A DNA stretch of 62,371 nucleotides, filler included, from Basidiobolus ranarum (Eukaryota): assembly GCA_040143965.1 (NCBI GenBank). It is 26 parts of 26 records of this genome, joined end to end, with 100 filler letters (N's around TTAATTAATTAA, not from the genome) between each part and the next. Parts side by side here need not be neighbours in the genome. Positions count along the whole stretch, not along the records: positions 12,070 to 14,379 come from JASJQH010003490.1; positions 14,480 to 16,788 come from JASJQH010003491.1; positions 16,889 to 19,195 come from JASJQH010003492.1; positions 19,296 to 21,601 come from JASJQH010003493.1; positions 21,702 to 24,004 come from JASJQH010003494.1; 21 more parts are not named here. The stretch is one strand, 5' to 3'. Shown one piece after another: positions 11,970-23,057 of this stretch. Under the pieces are notes generated by a model. That model saw only the letters and a program-made list of their open reading frames with translations. It searched no databases and was not told where the DNA came from. A program made the position numbers and the translations under genes. How positions within the stretch are numbered: position 1 is the stretch's first letter; every line of letters starts with the position of its first letter.

Positions 11970-14037
11970 NNNNNNNNNNNNNNNNNNNNNNNNNNNNNNN
12001 NNNNNNNNNNNNNTTAATTAATTAANNNNNNNNNNNNNNNNNNNNNNNNNNNNNNNNNNNNNNNNNNNNCTTGTCTTTTCATCTAATTCTGGAACAACCC
12101 AAACACTAGCCAAGTCTTTGTTATCTGATCACCTCTTTCTAGCCAAGTATTTGTCATCTTTCTATTTACTTCTAGCTAAGCAACCTTCTTCTGACACTAT
12201 GGATACATGATACACTAGTCAAGTCTTAGCGGCTGTAGAGGACAAGTAGAGTAATTCAGCAGCCTCCTAACGATGCAACTAAAGTAGCAACACAATGTTA
12301 ATGACTCCAAGGAGCATGCGGAGTTATTCCTGAAAATGGAATATTCTATCGCTTAACTTAATTTAGCTATGCCAACAGCTGATTGCTGATGGAATATTTT
12401 AGCACCCTACCTCCCTCCCACTCGCTTACCCATGGAAAGCATGTTTGTGAAACGAACATTCAGTTTGTACCGACTTAATCTAGTAAGCCATGCTCTTTGG
12501 TAAATAGAAGCATCGTACAATACAAATATCGTAGATTTGCCAAAAGAGGGCGTAAGGGGCCCAAAGAGAAATAGATATCAAATGATTTATTCTGATAAAC
12601 TTGATCTATCATTCCATAGCAGCTTTTCTTTTCCGTGGATTTTCCTTACGACGGTCTGGAACTAGTGTTAGTAAATATTATGGCTAATCTTCTTCCGCTT
12701 ATTAACAAGCTTTCGATGAAATGTTCTTGGAATATGATTACCCGATTACGTAACATATTATGATTAAGAATATAATATGATTGACATATTAAGTAACACA
12801 TCATGAACATGAAGTTAGGACTTTCATGTGGTTAATTTCCGTGATGTAAATATAGTCGTACATATTGGCCTGATTTTTCTATCATTCTATAAAGGGGTGC
12901 ATTGTGGACCTATAACGGGGTGTAATGTGGAGGGCAATGAAAACATTTGTACAAGTTTCTGGATCGAATAGATAGCGCAGCAAACTCTGAAGTGCCAAAT
13001 TTATTTTAAATAATTTCCGATACCTTAGTCTGGGTTAGGAGATTGTTGAGTAAGATTAACATGGATGCTTTGTAAATTAGCTTTATTCCATTACCTAGAG
13101 ATTTATTTATTGTTTATTAGGGGTGGTAGTACACAAGTTCTTGAAGAGTATCTAAGAAAAATTAGTCGGCAGAGCAGTGGCAGTCTCATCGTTGAAGTGA
13201 TGATAAGTTGATATGTTTTTGTAGAATCAATCATAATAGAGTATGGGTAACATTTCTTAGTATGGACACCGGCTGTGCTTCTTGTCGTTCATTTATTGAA
13301 AAGGTGGTAGCAGGAGTAGGTAACAACTTCCGTATGCATAAATTTTGATGAGTATGGGCCAGGTTGTGCAGGGTTATTGACTCTCGATGTTGTTCTCGTA
13401 GGGCTTAATCGCTTAACTAGTGTGGGTGATTGCTCTGTGAAGGTGAAGAATGCAATGGCTCTGTCAGGCATACGAACAGACTTTTATACCACTCATTTAT
13501 GTATCAACGTTTGTTTAAATGGGTCAAGAACAAAATTGTAAAGAAATATACTTAGTTTGTGCCATTTAACCATACGCTTTTGGCAATACTTAGGGGGATG
13601 AAAAGCACCAAATGGTGTGTACTTTATTTAGCTTAAATACTAATCTAAACAAAGTGACAATCAAGACATCAATCTTTAGGCTTAGGAGGGATGATAACCA
13701 CCACAGGGTGCAATATTTATTAAATAACTAGATAAACTACTATCAAATAAATAAGCCAATGTAGCATAATATGCTAACAATAAAAGGTGAAGTTAAAATA
13801 TAAAGAAAATAATGAAGTATGGAACTACTGAGGTTAGTGGAAAACTTAAGAGTTTGCTATTTCCCATAGATGTTGAATGTCAAAGTCTAGTGGAGAATGA
13901 AGTTCAACTGCTTGTTCACTGTAGTACTCTCTTAGATAATTGGTGACTTGAAGAGAGGGAGAGTTTTTTAGCAGACTGGTGAATCTTGCTAAAAGTTCCT
14001 TTTCCAAAGAGAAAGGTGCAAAAAGAGGGCTGTCAAT

Positions 14038-14265
14038 CCCTAACAGAAATTTGAGGATTCTTATCATAGGAAAACCATCACAATTTTAATCCATTTGGGT
14101 TTGACCAATTACTTATCATCATAAAATCATCAAGTTAGATTTGATTTTAATCAATTTTTTCAGTTTCAGCAGTGAAAGTTCAAGATCTGGCAAAATAGTG
14201 GTACATGATTGGCTACAATCTCAGCAAACTATAGATCAACACATGTGCAAAAAAGTAACTCAAAT
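14038..14265 (+). mobile_element. CMC/EnSpm left terminus (CCCTAACAGAAATTTGAGGATT...)
   Basis: Reverse complement of the termini ending at 17785, 21432, 31696, 34064 and 53232. Confidence 0.85.
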
Positions 14266-14724
14266 TTAAGGGGGGAGACAGTCACCAAAAGGTGAAATCT
14301 TTATTTCAAACAAAACAAAGAAGCCATAACTACTTTTGTAGTTTCTTAACTAATGTATGGAGATCTGGAGTATTTGTATNNNNNNNNNNNNNNNNNNNNN
14401 NNNNNNNNNNNNNNNNNNNNNNNTTAATTAATTAANNNNNNNNNNNNNNNNNNNNNNNNNNNNNNNNNNNNNNNNNNNNTTACTTAGTGTCAAGAATATT
14501 ACTATTCACTTCCTTGAGCCACCAATCAGCTCCTCATATATTAGCTTTCCTCAGGTTGTTGCAGTAAGAAGAAAACCACGTTAGTTGCAGCTAACTAGGA
14601 ATTCTTCTCACGACACAGCACACAGCAAACCACAACCTAAAAAAGGGTGGTCACTTTCGAAAGTTATATATAAGGTCGGGTTGGTCTCAAGGATTATACT
14701 ATCACCCGCCAATAATAATCTATC

Positions 14725-14961
14725 ATGAAGCTTCTTTCCGCCGTTTTGTTGATGTTGTCAGCTACCCTAGTCAGTGCTGGATATAGAAACTGCTACGACT
14801 GCTATCGAGTAGACGATGATAAGATGACTAATAAGTGTTGTGTCAGCGCTGGAGGTACAATATCCGCAGGAGGACCCGGTGGTCCACCTGGCTGCTACGG
14901 CTCAGACACTGTACATGTTGATTTCAACACCTGTTGCTTGAAGAACCGCTGCGAAAGTTAA
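14725..14961 (+). CDS. Small secreted cysteine-rich protein (78 aa, 8 Cys)
   Basis: TATATATAA about 55 nt upstream; ATCATG start context; signal peptide MKLLSAVLLMLSATLVSA; Cys spacing C-x2-C-x11-CC-x17-C-x12-CC-x4-C; normal CpG content. Confidence 0.85.
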   Translation: MKLLSAVLLMLSATLVSAGYRNCYDCYRVDDDKMTNKCCVSAGGTISAGGPGGPPGCYGSDTVHVDFNTCCLKNRCES

Positions 14962-14997
14962 GGTAGATGGGAGCATTCTCAGGTAGAGGGTACTTAA

Positions 14998-15082
14998 GAA
15001 CAGAACTTTTTTAAAAGGGACTTTTAAATAAAGTATTAATGAACAGAAATTTTTTAAAGGGGATTTTTAAAACAAGTATTAA
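14998..15082 (+). repeat. Imperfect tandem duplication of about 42 bp in the 3' flank of the Cys-rich gene
   Basis: GAACAGAA.TTTTTTAAA.GGGA.TTTTAAA..AAGTATTAA occurs twice. Confidence 0.7.
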
Positions 15083-15419
15083 AGCAAGTGGTCAAAAAAG
15101 TGGGTATTTTGTTGTAATTGGTAGTTTTTTTCCTTAATTGATATACGTCTAGGTGGGGAAAATATGTGGTTTTATACTAAAAGGTGGAAAAGACTCCAAA
15201 AATTGATAGCAAAGTAATGTTTAAAAAGTTACTGATGTAATTTTAACCTAAAATATGATAAATATATAACATGAAATGAATTTCGAACAACTTGCTAGAG
15301 ATTCCCTCCCGACAGGCATGTTTGACACATTACCTCAAGCAGTAAAGGATGCAATAATTGATTATGCCTGATTGAAAGCTAATGAACAAGAATACATCGA
15401 CTATTGAGAGCACCAGGCC

Positions 15420-16370
15420 CTACCACTTATGCCGTGCTGCTCTTTCGGTAAGAGTGCAAAATCTGACCATTTGATTCGTCAAAGTGGGTTAGGAATAGGC
15501 TTATTCCAGTAAGAGCGCATATGGTTAGATCACACTTTTCCCAGAATCTCTCTTATTACTTATACATTGTTCATTTATTGGTATGTTGTCACTAGAACGC
15601 TAACTAAGAGCGCCCTGCTCTACCAGAATTACCGTGCCTCTGAGAGCTGGTGGACCTTCTTCCAGTTTAACCATACCCTCCAGGGTAAGACCGTGGTTGG
15701 AAATGGAGGAGACAATCGCAATGGAAACGGCGGCACCGGAGCTGGCGCATATGATGCTGGCAAGGGTAGTAATTAAACAGTGACGGTAACAGTGGCAAAG
15801 ATAATGGAGGAGATAATTGCAATGGAAATGGCAATAATAGAGCTGGCACTTATAATCCTGGAAAGAGTGGTAGTGGAAGCGGTACTGGAAGTGGTTGTTC
15901 CAACAACAGAGGAGATAATGGCAGTGACCATGGAGGTGAAAGAGCTGGCCCTTATGATGCTTGAAATAGTTGAGACACTGGAAATGGTAACAGTGGCAAT
16001 AGAGCTGGTGCCTATGATACTGGAAAGGGTGGAAATGGTAACGGTGGTTCTAGTAATGGAGGGGATAATGGCAATAGCGCTGGCGCTTATGATGCTGAAA
16101 AGGGAGGAAATGGAGAAGATGATGGTAATGGCAACAGTGGCAATGAGCTTCGCACTTATGATACTGGAAACGGTGATAATGGCAATGGAGACGGTAATGG
16201 TGCTGCTGGAAATGGAGGACACAATGGAAATGGTGGTAATGGAGCTGATGCCTAAAATACTGGAAAGAGCCGTAATGGAGATAGAAATCGAAGCGGTGGC
16301 GCTGGAAAGGTGATGATAATGGAGCTGGTGCTTATAATGCTGGAAAGGGTGGTGCTGGAAATGGGTTAGG
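15420..16370 (+). pseudogene. Gly/Asn-rich repeat protein pseudogene (unit approx. GAGAYD(A/T)GKGGNGNG)
   Basis: GGN-AAY codon frame with a frameshift at about 15774 and stops at 15962, 15971 and 16253. Paralogous to 25570-26407(-). Confidence 0.7.
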
Positions 16371-16519
16371 GTCAGTCTCTACCTCAGCATGCGTTACCTA
16401 AGTTTGAACAAATATTATATCCGCCTTTGAAGTCTCCTGAGCTATGTTTAGTTTGATGGTGTATGATTTATTCTTTTGTTCGTGTGATATAAGATGTATA
16501 CATGAAGAAAAAATAAGGT

Positions 16520-16788
16520 CAAATTCCTGATCAGCTTAGTTCTGCACAGAGGTATTTCGGGAACGAGGGAACATAGTGATGGTTCATGAGCACCAGGGAC
16601 ATCGGTGTAATTGTTAGTCTTTCAAGTGAACCCATCCAATCCTTTGAGCATTCCATTCAAAAAATCTTTCTTCTTTCCAGCTAGAGGTATGGTATAAAAT
16701 ACTTATACTTGCTCTACATTGCCACTTGGTTCATAATGAAGACCACATTTGAGCAAAGACTCGGCGATATCAACCCATCTTTCTAGTT
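16520..16788 (-). pseudogene. C-terminus of the thioesterase domain of an A-T-TE NRPS-like gene (second copy)
   Basis: Minus strand gives LERWVDIAESLLKCGLHYEPSGNVEQV*VFYTIPLAGKKKDFLNGMLKGLDGFT*KTNNYTDVPG. Homologous to 25160-25380. Confidence 0.85.
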
Positions 16789-16888
16789 NNNNNNNNNNNN
16801 NNNNNNNNNNNNNNNNNNNNNNNNNNNNNNNNTTAATTAATTAANNNNNNNNNNNNNNNNNNNNNNNNNNNNNNNNNNNNNNNNNNNN

Positions 16889-17785
16889 AAATTCTTCACA
16901 CCATTACAAAGATCTGCAATTCCTAAGTCATATATACTGGCAAAAAAGATTAATTTCACCATGGAACTGGGTACACCAGTTGGAAGAGTTCTAAATTCGG
17001 AAGTTTATCCAACACCTGGCATCTGTCAACAAGCCAAAACACCAGTAAATAAATCTCATGGCTCTCCAACCTCAACTGGTACTTTTCAAAGTATTGAAAT
17101 TAATCCCAAAGGTAGAGGCAAGCAAAAAGCCACCCAAACACCGCAAAGCACCCTCAGCAGTGTCACACTACAAGGATGTACAAAAATAGTCAAAGTGCTT
17201 GAGGAGTATTTTCCAAAGTATGAAGGGAAAAATGCAGTGCAAGTATGCAGAAAGTGGCTTCTGAAGAAGAACATTCAACTCAACATTCAGTCTGGTGTTG
17301 ACCATGCAGATATCTGGGAAGAACTTGATACAGAGTGGCACAACATAGCAGGGTATCTGCCAGCTAGCTGGAAGAATGTTGATTCCGCAACATTAATACA
17401 ATGGTGGGCTTTGATGCAGATATTGACACAAACTCATGTTGGGTATGAGCTAAACCTTGGGTATGAAGAACTCTATAAAAATATTCAGGAGAATATATCA
17501 AAGAGACTAGGGATTTTGAAGGTGACAAATTTGCATTCAAGTGGTAATTGTGTAAAACTTGAGTCAAGTTTTTTGTACATGTATTGATCCGTAGTTCTCT
17601 GAGATTTTAGCCAATCATATGCAACTATTTTGCTAGCTCTTGAAATTTCACTCCTGAAACTGAAAAAATTGATGAAAATTGAATCTAACTTGACAATATT
17701 ATGATGGTAAGTAAATGGGCAATCCCAAATGGATTAAAATTGTCTTGGTTTTCCTACAATAATAATTCTCAAATTTCTGTAAGGG
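16889..17785 (+). mobile_element. CMC/EnSpm ORF X 3' half and left terminus
   Basis: Least-decayed ORF X segment (16961..17587, 208 aa), followed by ...CTCAAATTTCTGTAAGGG. Confidence 0.85.
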
Positions 17786-17794
17786 TCAAGGGAT

Positions 17795-18133
17795 ATTCAA
17801 TATTTGGCAAAGTAGGCGTTTTGGAAGTCAATAGTCTTGATGGTATTACTGTTGAACTTTGCTCAACTAGTTACTTACTTTGCAATTGGGGAATTAATAT
17901 CTCTACACATACACTATGGCTGGAAAGGAACAAATCAGGTATATTGATGAATGCTATATCATTGCTTAAGTTACTTTCCATCATGTTAATCCCTTCCAAG
18001 TACATAGTGGATTGCTAGACTGCTCATCAAATAAGTCCTCTATGCTTGCTGGTTTTTTTCCTTTTGAGCCAGCAGGTTTTTGCTAAGAAGCCAATTTGGA
18101 TTTAGATTTTGAATACTTTTTGAAAGGCATCAT
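17795..18133 (-). pseudogene. 5' end of CMC ORF X (MMPFKKYSKSKSKLAS*QKPAGSKGKKPASIEDLFDEQ...)
   Basis: Reverse complement overlaps the upstream ends of ORF X copies at 19296 and 62080. Candidate ATGs at 18133 and 18130. Confidence 0.65.
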
Positions 18134-18336
18134 TATTTTCAAATAGTAAACTTAGTGTATGAAATAGATTAGGAAGAGCTTACAATAAAACAAATTCCAT
18201 TACTGGAAATATCTTGTAAATCCCTTGATGACTCATCTAAGATGCCATCTCAGAAGCAACTGATGTTATTGATGGGATATACCTAAACTACCACCCTTAC
18301 ATAGGAGGTGTTCTCTTTTTCTACAACAGCCTTTAC

Positions 18337-19195
18337 ATGCCACAATATGAACATTTAAAGAAGTCCTGCTATTTTTGTCATAAAATCTTGTACTATGGGA
18401 GCCAGAGCCTTCACAGAAAAATTACCACAAGAACAGTCACCGTACAAAGCTACCAGCTGTACAAAGCCTTGTGAGTGTCAATAGTAATAAGGGCACAAAA
18501 TTGACTTTAGTTTTGCCCACTGAGTCCACTGGCTGTACTTTACTTTGAAGTTTTGTTAACACTGCTGAAAGTCAAGACACAGTTGAGTTACCACTGCTAT
18601 GTGACTAGAATGACCTAGGTAAAAGTGCAAGCTTAGTCAAATCAGTTAGTCCAGCAACTTTGAGGGCATGCTGCTAGATGTTGACCTTGTTTATTCTGGT
18701 ACTAATTGTGGTATAGCAGAAGATGAATAAGAAGATGATAGTTTTGTTACAAACTCTTTGTTATTGGCAAGCACTAGTTCACTGATGACAATTGGAGTAA
18801 AGGAAGCAGCCTATATTATTGTGGAGTGGAGAGTTCAATCCAATCTTAGCTACTAAGGGTTTATGGCTTTCTTACACCTTTGCCACAGTTGATTGGCAAC
18901 TGTTGCTTGCCACAGACCTGGTACAAGTGGAAAACACTTGTCAATTGTATGACTTATTATTCTTCAGCAATTCAACTACCTTCATGTCCAAATGGTTGTT
19001 TGGCATTCACCGGTGATCTGAAAAACTTGAAGTCATGTACTGTTTGCATGTAATTGGCAATCACTGAATCAGGTAAATATTGCTCATATTCAGCTTACAT
19101 ACCATTGATTCCCCATCTTAAAGTTTTGCTGAAATTACCCAAATATAGATCACTGATCCATGATCAAAGTAGCTATCATAGAGCTGATGGTGTTA
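18337..19195 (+). pseudogene. 5' part of CMC/EnSpm (Tnp2-type) transposase
   Basis: MPQYEHLKKSCYFCHK... followed by SCPNGCLAFTGDLKNLKSCTVC and AYIPLIPHLK, the CPNxC..CxxC and YxPLIPRL hallmarks of CACTA transposases. Second copy at 22498-23057. Confidence 0.85.
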
Positions 19196-19295
19196 NNNNN
19201 NNNNNNNNNNNNNNNNNNNNNNNNNNNNNNNNNNNNNNNTTAATTAATTAANNNNNNNNNNNNNNNNNNNNNNNNNNNNNNNNNNNNNNNNNNNN

Positions 19296-21432
19296 CTTTA
19301 TAGCAATAGTGTAAGTGAAGAGATTATAATCCCCCACTTATGTAGTAAATCAATAGTTAAGCAAAGTTCAACAGAAACACTGTCAAGACCATCAACTTCA
19401 AAAATGCCTTCTTTGCCAACTATTGAACACTCCTCAATAGACCATTTGAAAAGTAATCTCGCAACAAGGGTATCTGATTCAGAGCACCATTATGATTTGT
19501 ATGTGCTCATTAGTAATAACTACAAAGTTGCTATACATGCCATAGTAAGCAATAAAGCTACATTATTGGAAATAATGCAGTGTTCTGAGGTGATCAGTCA
19601 TCAGTTAGAGAGTCACCCAACAATGATACAAGATCTTTAGAATGCTGTACTTGAGCTACAGCAACATGCTGCTCCCTCTGCCCATTCTTATATGGGTTAT
19701 TGGTCACTTGCATATCATAAACACAAATGTCACCGTGACAATTTAGCAGAACAGAATATCTGTCAGACCATTAAGCCTACACAATGTTCTAAAATTACCT
19801 GTGTGCATAAAAGTAGTATTGAATTAGGAAAGTAACAACTCATTATTTGGTGGCTAGTTTACTTGTATTCTGATTTTATAGCACTAGATTCCAACATTCA
19901 AAAATATGTATTTATTGCTCTAGTTAATAGAAATATCTGTTAGATCACTTTTACCCATTTTGACTATTTTCTCAAAGCTTGTCCACATTGTTGCAAATCC
20001 TTACCCATGCTTTACAGCCATATTTGTTATGATCTAAGTATGTCCAGTAGTCCTATTTCATAATAAATTATTATATGGCATTTTCTGTTCAATAAAACCT
20101 AAGTGTCTATTTAACAAATCTGAATCCCCTAAACAGTTTTAGCAAGTAGATCTCTCTTGGGAAAACCAGCAAATAAAAGACTCTGAATAGCAGAGCTGCT
20201 ACCATTTCCTCTGATGATAACTGGTTTGAAATTTTGGAACTGTGCAGAATCATGTCCAAAAATACCTCAATTTGAGCCAATCATGAAAAACCACAAACCA
20301 GGCATTACTCAGAAGGTGTTGACTTATTTCTTGTGGCTCACCCTGGGTTTCTACAAGTAAATGGCAATTGAGCTAGTATAGGCCTATTCATGAAACATCT
20401 CAAAAATGTACTCAATTTTTCACTTGAAATAGAAATAAAAGCAGCTGAAGAAGTATTCAAGTAGCAGGGAGTTAGTTAACCCAAGGAAAGCAAAGGGGCC
20501 AGTGAGTTTAGGCTCTACTGTCCCACTTACTAAATTCTTCAAACAACTAATAAGAAATGTATTTGCAGAGTCAGATACAGCAGCAGATATACTGACAGAA
20601 GGCTCAATTTTACCATGGAACCAACTACACCAGTTGGAAGGGTGCTAAATTTGAAAGTTTGCCTAACACCAGGCATCTCTGAACAAGCCAAAACACCAGC
20701 AAATAAAATTCATGACTCCAACCCCAACTGGTACTTCTCAAAGTGTTGAAATTGGCCCCAAACTTAAAGGCAAGCAGAAAGCTGCACAAACACTGCAGAG
20801 CACCCCCAGTAGTGTCACACTACAAGGACTTATAAAATAGTCAAATTCCTTGAGGAGTATTTTCAAAAGTATGAAGGCAAAAATGACATGCAAGGTTGTA
20901 AAAAGTGGCTTCAGAAGAAGAGTTTTCAAATTTACATTCAGTCTGGTATTAACTGTGGAGATATCTGGGAAGATCTTAATACGGAGTGGCACAATATTGC
21001 AGGGTAACTGCCGGATAGCTGGAAGAATGTAGATTTAGCAATGTTAATACAATGGTGGGCTTTGATGGAGATATTGATACATACTTGTGTTGATATGAGC
21101 TAAACCTTGGGTATGAAGAACTCTATAAAATATTCATGAGAATATATTAAGGAAACTAGGAACTTTGATGTTGACAAATTAGTGCTCAAGTGGTGAATAT
21201 GTAAAATTTGAGTTACATTTTTTGCACATGTATTGATCCATATTTCCCTAAGATTTTAGCCAATCATGTGCAACTATTTTGCTAGATCTTGAATTTTCAC
21301 TACTCAAACTGAAAAATTGATTAAAACAAATCAAACTTGAAGATTTTATGCCATCAATTAAACAATCAATCCAAAATGGATTGAAAATGTGATAGTTTTC
21401 TTACTATAACAATCCTCAAATTTCTGTTAGGG
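19296..21432 (+). mobile_element. CMC/EnSpm: nearly full ORF X (degenerate) and left terminus
   Basis: Colinear with 2417-3960(-). Ends TTTCTGTTAGGG at 21432. Interrupted by a solo LTR. Confidence 0.85.
19817..20144 (+). repeat. Solo LTR, copia family B, with 5-bp TSD AGTAG
   Basis: Matches 40295-40647. AGTAG flanks it at 19812-19816 and 20145-20149. The empty site AAAGTAGAAATCTC is seen at about 41930 and about 3495(-). Confidence 0.88.
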
Positions 21433-21601
21433 TTCTGGCAGGTCCAAGAGACTCATATTGTAGGATAGCTTGCTTACAGGATTACTGCCTCCTATATCAA
21501 TGGCACAGTTGACTTCTCTAGCAGGTGGAAACTCTGTTATTTCCACTGGAAACAGATCCAGCTATTCCTTAAACACTTGTGCCATTGCAGTGTGGATATC
21601 C
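21433..21601 (-). mobile_element. Ty3/gypsy pol fragment (region just before RT)
   Basis: QVFKE*LDLFPVEITEFPPAREVNCAIDIGGSNPVSKLSYNMSLLDL matches the DVFP..LPP.R...H.I....P....PY.MS pattern. Confidence 0.75.
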
Positions 21602-21859
21602 NNNNNNNNNNNNNNNNNNNNNNNNNNNNNNNNNNNNNNNNNNNNTTAATTAATTAANNNNNNNNNNNNNNNNNNNNNNNNNNNNNNNNNNNNNNNNNNN
21701 NCTCCCATATAAGGTAATCTGGATGAACTGACACCAGATTGCCAAGAAGAGATGGCACAGTAGATATGATGTCATAATCTAATAATAGAAGAGTTCCATA
21801 TGCAGTGGATCAGTATGCCAAGATCAGAATCATGACAAAATCTTTGGTTTCAGATAATC

Positions 21860-22369
21860 TTGCGTTGTTTTCTTCTCCTATAATAGTGTCCTGAAGTCTG
21901 TTTTCTTTCAGCAGCATTTTCATTTTAATTATCCAAATTCAACAATTGGTTCCATCCAATTTTACAGAAAAGGGAAAAGTCCCATAAATTGGAGAAGTAG
22001 ACATTACAGAGAGTGCAGGCTTGGGGCTCATAACCTGTTAAAGTATTTGAGAGCCTAAGAAATGGTGAAATTGGTGGTTTTCACTTTTTGATTTATGGAT
22101 CAGAAAGTTGACATTTATAGTTTGGTCAAGATGTAAACAAACTAATGTGAATAATGTGTTAAGTAAGGTCCCAGGAACATGTGTTAAAAGTTTGTGGTTT
22201 CTAACACATATTTGAAAAAGCTATATGTCTGAGAACTGCCAAGTTGGTGAAACTATACTAAGTAAACTGCAACTAAGGATACAGGATAATATCCTGATGA
22301 ATTATAAGATAACTAAGTACTAAGCTACATATGACTATGTAGGTATTTGAATCAATTTTAATTTCAACA
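21860..22369 (-). mobile_element. Copia family A: 5' LTR (22036-22369), PBS and gag start
   Basis: TGTTGAAATT...TTTAACA LTR with PBS at 22023-22035. Confidence 0.88.
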
Positions 22370-22497
22370 TCTTTAACATTCAGAGTTTTTTGGCTTGCTG
22401 GTTTTCCTATGAGATTTCTACTCTCATGTGTCATAGCAATTTTGGGTTGTTGTGCAGGCTTTATGGTCTGACACCTATTGTTCTATGCTAGATTGTC

Positions 22498-23057
22498 TTG
22501 CCCACTGAGTCCACTGGCTGTGCTTTGCCTCAAAGTTTTGGTAACACTACCAAAAGCCCAGATACTGTGATGTTACCACACCTATATGACCACAATAATG
22601 TATATAGAAAGGCTACTTTGGTCAAACCAGTTAGTTCAGACAACTTTGAGGACATGTTGCCACATGTTAAACCTGGTTATTCCAGTCTTTGTGGTAGTAT
22701 ATCAGAAGTTGAAGAAGATGATGATAGCTTTGTTACAGTATCTCAGTTATTGGCAAACAACAGCTGACTAATAACACTTAGTGGAAAGACAGTAACTTGA
22801 CTTAATGACAAGTTGAGAGAGCTATCAAATCTCAGCAGCAAGGTGTGTATTGGTTTTCTTATACTTTTGCCACAGTTGATTGGCAACTGTTACTGGCCAC
22901 AGACCTGGTACAAGCGGAAAATACTTGTCAATTGTATGACTTATAAACCTTCATTAATTAACTTACCTTCATGTCAAAAGCAATGTTAGGCTTTCACCAG
23001 TGATCTAAAAACCTGAAGACATGTACTGTTTATACACATTTGGAAATCACTGATTCA
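22498..23057 (+). mobile_element. CMC transposase 5' fragment
   Basis: Colinear with 18513-19070; cut off by the family C LTR. Confidence 0.8.

Noticed and set aside
13289-13471. Short minus-strand ORF downstream of a TATAAAAG
   Set aside because: No signal peptide, domain or homolog in the window, and the ATG is too close to the TATA box.
14725-14961. Hydrophobin
   Set aside because: The Cys order is C-C-CC-C-CC-C, not the hydrophobin C-CC-C-C-CC-C.
15962-15973. Selenocysteine or TGA recoding in the GN-repeat gene
   Set aside because: The TGAs replace Gly (GGA) positions, a TAA is also shared, and one copy has a frameshift. Ordinary decay explains this.
15773-16313. Met/Val/Glu-rich and Ser/Thr/Ile-rich ORFs (also 25514..26222) as membrane proteins
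   Set aside because: They are shifted or antisense frames of GGN-AAY repeats, which rarely produce stops. They are kept only as an alternative in one finding.
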